A stretch of DNA of 64,000 nucleotides from Camelus dromedarius (Eukaryota). Of this stretch, positions 1-9,813 are shown piece by piece. Below the pieces are notes generated by a model. It saw nothing but the letters and a program-made list of their open reading frames with translations, did no database searches and was not told the origin of the DNA. The translations under genes were made by a program, and so were the position numbers. Position 1 is the stretch's first letter; every line of letters starts with the position of its first letter. The stretch lies in contig NC_087458.1 in NCBI RefSeq assembly GCF_036321535.1, positions 5,828,001-5,892,000 on the forward strand. The letters are read 5' to 3'.

Positions 1-1000
1 GGAGAGCCAGCGGAAATTACCCGGGCCACGTGGTCCGGAAGAGAAAGCGAGGCACGTCTGCGTAAAAAAAGTTTAATCTGTCTGCCTTAGCTTGAGGCGC
101 TGAGGGACGCGAGAGGAAATAGGAACATCCTTTACGTGGGCACCAAATCTGCCCCGAGCGGCCCAAATCACTATCGCACAGTTCCCTTAAAACCCAAGAG
201 CTATGCCACCGGCCACCTGGGCGGAGCGCAGGGCGTAACCCAGACAGGGCCTTTGCTAAAGCCCGCCTACTCTCTAGGGCGCCTTCCCGATCCCCGCGCA
301 GGCGTGGCACAAATTTTCCCGCCCCCTAGTTGTGCGCGGATCTGACGTCTGACGTAATTACGTCGACGCCATTTTAGCCGGTCCCACTCCGCACTGGGCG
401 TGGCGGCCATTTTGTTTTGGGCACCGAGCGGGAGTTGGCGGCCGCGGCTGTGGTGAAAGGCAGGAAAGGGCAGGCCGGGCGAGCAGGCGGACCAGCGGAC
501 CGGACAGCCAGCCAACAGCAACGAACTAAGCTAGCACTCCACCGCTTAACACATCTAACCAACCGCCCACCAAGTTAACCCGAGCCCCTCCACCGTCAAC
601 TCAGGTTCGGCCGGCCCCCGGCCCGCCTTCCGCAGCCGTGGTGGCAGCCCCGGGAGGAGCACTGGCGTCCGTTTCCTTCGGTACGTTTCTGTAGTGAGAA
701 GGGGGGCAAGAGTCTTGGGGAGCTGAAGGGCCCGGCGGACGCGGAGCGGGAGCTGTGGGGATGTGGAAGCAGATAGGGTGTCGGAGAGCGGACGCCCCGG
801 GGAGGGGGCGGAGCCCCAGAGAGGGAGGCGGGGGAGGGGGAGTTTTCCGAGCTGGAAACTCAGCCGCGGGGTTGATGGGAAAGGTTGGGATTTAATAGGG
901 ATGAAAAGGAACCTTGTTTGGCGGGTTGAACAAAGTTGGCGGGGCTGACGGAGCTTTGAGATGGTAGGGAAATCAGAGGAGGACTTCACGACTTTAGGGA
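1..1000. promoter_or_regulatory. CpG-island promoter of CHTOP, probably bidirectional; non-coding exon 1 ends at 680
   Basis: CpG- and GC-rich. E2F-like TTTCCCGC 315-322, CTCF-like CCGCCCCCTAGTTG 319-332, TGACGT at 343 and 350, YY1-type GCCATTTT at 368 and 406, donor TTCG|GTACGT at 680/681. Confidence 0.8.
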
Positions 1001-1218
1001 ACGTTGGAGAGTAATGGCAGCGTTAGGGTTAAATTTTGTAGCATGCTCTCTGGGAGGTGACTCCCAGGTGAGTGCCCATTTAGAAAACCTTTACTTCTCC
1101 TCCTCCTTATCCCCCCCCCCCCCCCCGCCAGGTCCCCAGTCCCTTGCCAAGGCCCCTGCTTGATTTTGGAGTCGAAAGCCAATTTTGAAACTGATACACC
1201 TGTATCATCTCTGTAGAT

Positions 1219-1390
1219 CAGTGGTTCTCAATTTTGGCTACACATAAGAAGCGCCGAGGTAGACTTTTTTTCCCCCCGTTTAATTGCTGATCCCCAGCCC
1301 TCAACATCAGGGATTGTGCTTTAAATGGTTTGGGCCCAGGCTTCTGTGTTTTGTTTAAAAGCTCCTTGCCGCCAAGGTTGAGAAGGACCG
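1219..1390. mobile_element. MER5A-like hAT-Charlie MITE in CHTOP intron 1
   Basis: Starts CAGTGGTTCTCAA, ends GGTTGAGAAGGACCG; 8-bp TSD CTGTAGAT/CTCTAGAT. Confidence 0.75.
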
Positions 1391-1684
1391 CTCTAGATGA
1401 AAAACCAAACTCTTAACACTTCCTTTAGCTAAGTCTAGGACTGCCATTTTGGAGGCTTGGGCAGATATTTTCTGTCATGTGGCCTGAAAGTTTATTCACT
1501 TCAGGTGACTGGCTTATAAATTTAAGCAGCTGAAATGAGTTTTAAAGTGATCATCAGAAGTCACTGATACGTGCCTTTCCATTGATTTCTGGTTTGGGCC
1601 TTTAGGCCTTGTTGAAATGAGGTGGTCATCATTCTGATTTGCTTATTCTGCCCATTGTCCTTTGTAGATTCTCGGGATTTGAAG

Positions 1685-4600
1685 ATGGCTGCACAGTCAG
1701 CGCCGAAAGTTGTGCTAAAAAGCACCACCAAGATGTCTCTAAATGAGCGGTGAGGCAGCCAACAGCAACTTCAGCTCGTTCATAAGAAAACATTACTTAA
1801 GTTGGCCCTGGGGTCCAATGCTCAAAAACCGGTTTTAAACTAAATACCAACAGAAGGCTACAGACCTCTGTTCTTAATTGCATCTTATGTGGTACACAAA
1901 ACAAATTGGGCGGTTGTTTCAAAACCCCTTATCAGTAGATTTTTATGTTAAGCTATCTGAAATATTTATCTGGTGGGATGTATTTTAAAAAGACTCCTCA
2001 CACCCTCCCTTTTCACATTTTTTTTTACATTGATACAGGGGTGGTGCAGCTCAGTAGCATGAGACCTTGGCTGCAGTAGGCTTGCTGCCCAGTCCAAGGC
2101 CAGCAGTGTTGTGTCTGGCCTGTAAGAGGCAGGTAGCAAGCTATGAATATGTCCAAAGGCCCTCGAATGTCATTCTTGGGCCTTGTAAGAGGCACTTGCT
2201 TTGCTCCATTTCACTTTCTTTCCATTCTGCTTTTAGTTTGTTTTTTGTTTTGGATTCTTAAAGTTAAGTGTTGTTCTCTTTCACTCCATTAAACTTACTT
2301 TGATAGGAATAAATAGAAGAGTGTCTTCACAAGCTCTTAAATAATTGAACTAACCTTAACTTTTCCCGAAGTAGTCGCTTGGAGTCAGAAAAAGTAATCA
2401 CTTGAGACTTAAGATTTCTGTCTCCAAGAGCTTTGGTCATTTAGTGCCTTTCACCAGTGATTTTATTAAGTTGATGTTAGACCACTGAAAGATTGACTTA
2501 ATGTTTGTTTGACTTTTCTGAAGCATATGTGCTGCTGCTTGTCTCTTAAGGTATGATACGCTAATTCTCCATATTCACGTTTTCACTAATTCTCCATATT
2601 CACATGTTACTGAGTGAGCAAATATAGAGAAAATGTGATATACTCCTGTAATTTATGTGGGTGTATAATTTCCAAGGGCTTTGAAGGTGCTCAGGTTCTT
2701 CCTTATATTTGCCCTTAGAATGCACCTTCAGGTCCCCGAAGGTTTTGGCTTGCTTTGTCTGTCTTTGAAACTACATCTTCTGTCTTCTTGTTATCATATC
2801 TGCTTATTTGTTTTTCTTACTTTCCACCTTTCTAAAAGCCGTTACCTGAGCCCTTGTTATCACTTTTGATTGAATGTGCTGCACTTAGCTGCATTTCTAA
2901 GTTTCTGATTCCTGCANNNNNNNNNNNNNNNNNNNNNNNNNNNNNNNNNNNNNNNNNNNNNNNNNNNNNNNNNNNNNNNNNNNNNNNNNNNNNNNNNNNN
3001 NNNNNNNNNNNNNNNNNNNNNNNNNNNNNNNNNNNNNNNNNNNNNNNNNNNNNNNNNNNNNNNNNNNNNNNNNNNNNNNNNNNNNNNNNNNNNNNNNNNN
3101 NNNNNNNNNNNNNNNNNNNNNNNNNNNNNNNNNNNNNNNNNNNNNNNNNNNNNNNNNNNNNNNNNNNNNNNNNNNNNNNNNNNNNNNNNNNNNNNNNNNN
3201 NNNNNNNNNNNNNNNNNNNNNNNNNNNNNNNNNNNNNNNNNNNNNNNNNNNNNNNNNNNNNNNNCAGAAGCAGCTGGTGATCTCTGTCAGGCAATCCACT
3301 GAGGCTGTCAGGACGTGATGGATGATTACAAGGTGGCTCAGGGCAAAAGCTGAACTTCTCTGGAGGAAAGAGAAGTTCAGAGAATTTCCATTTTGGCAGG
3401 TACCAATAAGTAACTTTTTGTTGTCTTTCTCTTTTAGGGAGTTTGCCATCAATGTGGCCTGTTTCTATGTTATCAATGAGTATTAATTTCTTTTGTTTTC
3501 TGATCCTTTGCCCTTAAAATAGATTCACTGGCTTTTTCCACAAATAAATTTTGGTGTCTGTTTTGGATGATCTTCAAAAAATCCTTTATTCCCTATTAAA
3601 TGGTTTACAAATTAGGGAAATGCTTTTTTTCTTTCTTCCCTAGTACAGGGAGTCTGAAATTCCTCTTAGTCAAAGTTTTTTGATGTGAAACAAAGAGTAG
3701 GGTGACCTTTATCTCCACAGCACCTGAAGTTTTGTCAGAAGAGTAGATTAAGAACACTGAGTAATTAAGAGTTAGTGGGTTCTCTTTCAAATTTCCAATA
3801 ATAGATAATCCTATTCAGATCTGAAATAAAACCTGCTCTTTATTATTCATAGACTTTATATGCAAGTCCGGACAGTGGCTGTGGAAGGATATGTCCAAGC
3901 TGTGGCTGGGCGTCTGGAGGGCGGTGCCATGCAACTGTAAGGACTTTAACTGATAGCACTGCATGGCTGTGCATAAATTCAGCAGTTAAATATAACACCC
4001 TTCCACCCCCATCCTGAACCATTGGGCTCACTGACCAAAAATAAACAAGGCCTTCTGCTTCAGCTACCTTAAGCCTTGGAGTGACTGCATTCATCCCTGA
4101 CTCAGGAAAGCAGTGAAAGGCACCACTATTTTCTGAGAGTAAATAATAAAAATTGCTGAAGATAAGTCTGATAAATCATTCCAAAGGGCCTTTCCATAAG
4201 AAACTTTAAACATAGGCTGTGCAGAATGTAGCCTCTAGAGCAGTGCTGTCCAATACACCTTTCTGCAGTGATGGAAATGTTCTGTATCTGTGCTCTCCGA
4301 TACAGTAGCCACTAGACACACTGACTATTGAGCACTCAGCCACATGTGGCTGGTGGTTGTCTCAGCGTACAGCACAGCTCTAGTAGGAATGGAAACTGGA
4401 TGGTACAGTTGATGTCCGCAAGCTTCTTCTCAATGTTAGAGACCAGTATTGGTGGCAAATAAGGATTGGGAAGGGAGAAGAACTAAGTGCGGAACCTTCT
4501 CTTAAAGCACACGTCTTGGGAGGATATACTAGGGATGACTAAACATAAGGGACTTACGGAATGAAGTCCTGACCTCATAATTGTGTGCTTTTGTTGAGAG

Positions 4601-7600
4601 CATGCCCCTCTGGTGATAAGCAGTTTATGAAATATACTAGAAAGCTAATAACAACTCACAGCATATGGTTGCAAAGAAAATCATTGGTAGTCATTTGTAG
4701 GTGAATCCTGAGGGCTCCTAATTTATTTTCATTCATATTGACTTACTGCTTTATAGGAGAACAGCTTTGCTAGGGCTTTGGTTGTGTTCAAGGCTACACA
4801 GTCACCCTCTGAAGGAATTTAATTGAGATACTGATCTTCGTAGTTTCTCTTTGAGGGACAGATTATTGAAAAATCTCCTATTTCTGGTATGTCCTTGTCC
4901 TCAAATGTGGCCCTGAGTTTTATGAAGATAGCTCAACTTTCTTAATTCTCATGCAAGATTGGCTGGCTTTATGGAGATACATTTGAGTTACATTTTTATT
5001 TTTAATTAAAAGTCATTATATTGACTTAATGGAGTTGTTTGCAAAGGTAGACATGGAATTATGGCTATTTAAGAAATGTAAGGAAAGGAGGTTTGACTTT
5101 TTTGTGTTTATTTACATCTTAAGGTAAAAAGTGGACCGTCTGGAGATAGATACTCAGAGGAAAAATGGAACACACTGGCCTCTTTGACTGAGAAATCAAA
5201 CTTGTTCTTAAGTCACAAGAATTCAAATGAACTTGTAATTTAAATTTTGCCCAGAGTGTGATGAACTTCTATGGTGTTTGAGTAAGCCTTTGAAGACAGT
5301 GGTAGTCCTTGGGCAGGTATGAATCAAGTCATATCATTGTCAACTGGTGGTTCAAAAACAGCAGAATCCAGGATGTGAAATATGGGAAGTTCTTATTAAA
5401 ACTTAAATTCAAAGTGGTGATATATGATGTCTCTAGTGAGGTAATTTGTGGTGATGCCAATTTCATGGGGCCGTACTCTAAGTTTCTTAGAAGCTCTGGA
5501 TCAGAATTCTGCTTTTATACCATGTCCTGAGGCAAAGGCTTGCTTCTGGTTTGGGATCCTTATGACGCCCACTGCAGGCTTACCTCTCTCCACACAGACA
5601 TCTCACTTGCTTCTATTTTTCTGCACTTTGAGTTGCCAAATCCCATTGGATTGCTTTTTTGATCTCAATTCCTAACACCTTTTCTTCCAGAAGAGCTTAA
5701 AGCAGCGCCTGGGTAAGAGTAACATCCAGGCACGGTTAGGCCGACCCATAGGGGCCCTGGCCAGGGGAGCAATCGGTGGACGAGGCCTGCCCATAATCCA
5801 GAGAGGCTTGCCCAGAGGAGGACTACGTGGGGGACGTGCCACAAGAACCCTCCTTAGGGGCGGGATGTCGCTCCGAGGTCAGTGCTATGTATCTGATGAT
5901 TGTCGGGCTTCACCCCCTTCCCTTTTCTCTTGGGCTGCTTATGGACACATTTGTTTAACATCTTTAAGCCTGAATTTGTATTAATATAATTNNNNNNNNN
6001 NNNNNNNNNNNNNNNNNNNNNNNNNNNNNNNNNNNNNNNNNNNNNNNNNNNNNNNNNNNNNNNNNNNNNNNNNNNNNNNNNNNNNNNNNNNNNNNNNNNN
6101 NNNNNNNNNNNNNNNNNNNNNNNNNNNNNNNNNNNNNNNNNNNNNNNNNNNNNNNNNNNNNNNNNNNNNNNNNNNNNNNNNNNNNNNTAAGAAATGTATG
6201 GGTCTTTTGGCCTATACTTTAACTAATCATTTCTGTTCCTGGTGCTAGTGAAACATCTGGAAAAAAGAGGACAAGTTGACCCATAGCGCTTAGCTACATG
6301 TTACATTTTGGGCACTGTTACTCTGTTCCCTATATAAGTTCTTGTCCCCTACAAAAATGTATTGAGAGCAGGAACCATATCATTTGTTTTTAAATCTAAC
6401 TAATGCTAGGCACCTATCTGTGATTATTCAATAGGTATTTATTAAATGTATGTATTTACTAACTGACTTAACTCCCAGCTTCCATAAAAGGATTTGTGGT
6501 CAGGCTTGTTGAATTGATTGAATAAAGAGCTGCTTAATCTGTTCACACTCAGTGTGCAGCTTTCCCTACCCAACCTAAATATTAACTGAATTAACTCTCA
6601 TTTAACCCTCACCGCCTTCCTTCGGTTAGAATCNNNNNNNNNNNNNNNNNNNNNNNNNNNNNNNNNNNNNNNNNNNNNNNNNNNNNNNNNNNNNNNNNNN
6701 NNNNNNNNNNNNNNNNNNNNNNNNNNNNNNNNNNNNNNNNNNNNNNNNNNNNNNNNNNNNNNNNNNNNNNNNNNNNNNNNNNNNNNNNNNNNNNNNNNNN
6801 NNNNNNNNNNNNNNNNNNNNNNNNNNNNNNNNNNNNNNNNNNNNNNNNNNNNNNNNNNNNNTTACTTCTCTCCCTTCAAAACTCAGAGCCACCTTTCTGC
6901 ACAGCTTCAAGTCATAGGCAGGCTTATTTGTTTGTCTTGTTTGTTTTATGAAACTGGCTTATTTTCTGAATTCATACGCTGGTAGTGCGAAAGTCTGTCT
7001 TGGGGTTTCTTAGGACAGTCAGGTACATGTTACAGAGCCAGGTTATTTCAGTCTTTTAGGTTGTTGTAAATTTAAATTGTATTGTTCAAATGACAAAATG
7101 GTCAGTTTGGGGTTTTACCTTTTTCTGTCCCTGCCCCATCACCACACACCCCACCCCATAGCTCAGACCCCTGCTTCTAGTCTAAGAGAGAAGAGGGAGA
7201 TGTAAAAAACGTAGCAGAGTTAAAGATGATGAGACTGGGAGCTAGTTACTGACTCTGAAACCAAGTAAATTCAAGTAAAGTTTGTGTCTATGCAAAGCCA
7301 GAGATGACTTTTTTTTAATCAAGGTAGAAAGCAAAATGGTATCCTGTCAGTTAATTAACTGACTCTTGTTGATAATCTTACCTCAAGATTTAGTGATACT
7401 TGTCTTGTGAGCTCATGACCCAGATTGAGAAAGAGTTTAATGGTGTTGCTGTTAATGCTGAATCTCATGGGAGTTTTCTGGCTTAGAGCTTAGTGGAAAA
7501 CTCCCAACAACACCTGTCCAGGGGAAAAAATTCTATTCTTGTAGCTCCTGTGTATATTTGCTTTGGTCCCTTTAAAGAGTAGGGTGGGTCTGCCATAATT

Positions 7601-8679
7601 TATGACCTTGAAGTTGCCAGAGGATAGTAACTATTAGGAAAGGAAATTTGATAACTGAGGGCTTGTTTTCTTTTCTTGCATTATATGTTGCTTGGCTTAT
7701 TGAGTGAAGCGCAAACTAGTTTGGGTTTCAGGATGAAATAGCATGTTTCCAAATTATCTTGACTTGGTTTCTGAGACATCTTGGTTGGGTGGGGGTGGGG
7801 GGTCTAAAGTAGCTTTTCAGAAAGCTGGGTATGTTTTGATAATTGAACTGAAACCACCTCTCAGATAACCATCATTGTTATAAGGTGACTAGAAATGTAG
7901 GTAGAAGTGACTAGGACTACTCAAAATGTTTTTCCCCATCTCCCTTCATTGTTCCTATGCCAGAATAATTCCTCAGTCTCCTGACATGGGGTCACTTGTT
8001 AGTATGATCAATTTGAGGAGAAATGAGCTAATTTTTCAGTAGGCTCTCCAATAAAGTTTAATTTGAAAACTGTCTAGCTTCATACTCCTGTTTCTCTGTG
8101 CCCTTCTTGTCTTACTAAATGGGGTTATCTATATTTGTATTTTAATTGTAAACTTAAAGTGAGTCTCAGATTTTAGTTTTTCTGTTTTAGAAGAGACTAA
8201 GAAATTTTAAATTATCAGTTAAATATTTTTCCCTTGCTTTTTTGATAGAATAAAAATGTAGAGATGAGCATGTAGTAAGGGTTTCATTATGTGTGCTTTC
8301 CGTGTGTTGCTTTCTACCCAGTGTGTTGTTTCCTGTTTTTCCAGATTTCTCCTCTTTTCCCTGCCCTTCAGTCTTTCTCAGCTAGGCCCCACTGCTCTAA
8401 GGGGCATTTACCATAGCACCCATTAAACCTACTTGTAACTGTTTTCTTTTTTTTNNNNNNNNNNNNNNNNNNNNNNNNNNNNNNNNNNNNNNNNNNNNNN
8501 NNNNNNNNNNNNNNNNNNNNNNNNNNNNNNNNNNNNNNNNNNNNNNNNNNNNNNNNNNNNNNNNNNNNNNNNNNNNNNNNNNNNNNNNNNNNNNNNNNNN
8601 NNNNNNNNNNNNNNNNNNNNNNNNNNNNNNNNNNNNNNNNNNNNNNNNNNNNNNNNNNGATCCCGAAACTAATGACTGA
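1685..8679 (+). CDS. CHTOP: Chromatin target of PRMT1 (CHTOP/FOP/SRAG), partly masked by N-runs
   Basis: Exon 2 CDS 1685-1749 = [22 protein letters not shown] (acceptor at 1667/1668). Exon 4 5694-5877 (or 5691) = [31 protein letters not shown]...GGMSLR. Terminal DPETND* at 8659-8679. Exon 3 is inferred in N-run 2917-3264 (preceded by TTCCTGCA), exon 5 most likely in N-run 6634-6861, and most of exon 6 in N-run 8455-8658. Confidence 0.95.
4241..4377. mobile_element. MER3 hAT-Charlie MITE, internally deleted
   Basis: CAGTGCTGTCCAATA...GATGGAAATGTTCT...AGCCACATGTGGCTGGTGG...CAGCACAG; TSD CTCTAGAG/CTCTAGTA. Confidence 0.8.
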
Positions 8680-9807
8680 AGCCTGCCTTCCCTCCTGTGA
8701 GAGACTCTTGTTAAAGTCACACATCTGTAAATAACCTTGAGATAACAGATGAGAAGAAACCTGACTGATGCTGGAAGGACCTATCATAATAGGCGGACTG
8801 ACTTGCCACCAGTTTGTGCATTTAGTGTGTTCCTTTTACTTTTTGATACTGTGTTGTATGAAACCCTTTTTTCCTCTGACTTGGGTTTGGTTTGATTTTG
8901 TTGTTGTTTGGGAATTTTTTCCTTCGCCTCTTTCAATATGAATGTGTTGGCCTTGTGGCTAGGACACCCTCTTCCCACCTCTGCCTTCCCTCACCTGTCA
9001 TAAGCTTTGACATTCTAACGTTTCCTCTGTTCATCTCTGTGCCCCCATGAAAAAGTCCCAGAAAGAGCCCATCAATGTTCCTTCTTAAAATCTAGATTTC
9101 TGAGATACAGTTCTGTTTTACATCATTTTTAATAGCTTTTAAAAAGTGTTAAAATCTGGAGCTCAAACGTGCATTCTGCCACATTGATGTTTTAGTGTTG
9201 TAAATTAGGAACATTGACATAGCTACAGATCCACCTAACAGGTTACACATGGTAGCAGCTCTGATTTCATTACAGTTATTACCATGTACATTGACACCAC
9301 ATAATCAGTGTGCTGGGTTGAGTATGTGCACTTTCTACCCTGGAATGAAATTTATAAACTTTCCTCTTGGCTTTGCATCGTGTCCAAAGGGGCATTTTTG
9401 GGTTGGGTTATACCTGCAGAAGAGGGAAAAGCCATTTGGTGTGGCAGATGTTTCGGAAGGGAAAAAGGGCTAGGGAAATGATGGCAGATACCTGGTGGGA
9501 AGGGTCAGAGGATACCCATGCTGAAATGCTATTTTTATGTTAATCTCAAACCAGTTTTGGGCTTCTGCATTCATTGGCTTTGACCCTTTTCTTACTTGAA
9601 GGTTTAATTAAGTTAAATCATTTGCTGTCAACTGTTCCAGTTTCAGTGGAATGTTTTGTTTCTGGTTCACTGTAACAAGAAATGGTTTTCTCAAATCCAA
9701 CCAAGATTTTCTCTTGTATTTGTGAGGCTCTTTGAAATGGTATGGCCACTATAACAATAGTTTCATATATTCCTTGTAGAGTTGAGAATTCTTTTCTTCA
9801 TAGTTGT

Positions 9808-9813
9808 ATTAAA
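9808..9813 (+). terminator. Candidate CHTOP poly(A) signal ATTAAA
   Basis: ATTAAA about 1.1 kb after the stop codon, at the end of a U-rich 3' UTR. Use not demonstrated. Confidence 0.35.

Noticed and set aside
2832-3452. Long ORFs spanning N-runs (also at 6626, 8368, 30029, 49145, 52347, 56531, 57269, 60361)
   Set aside because: Their length comes from X codons in the gaps.
3692-7586. Shared 13-mer AAAGAGTAGGGTG in CHTOP introns 3 and 5 (contains an hnRNP A1-like TAGGGT)
   Set aside because: A 13-nt match within about 8 kb is expected by chance at roughly 0.5.
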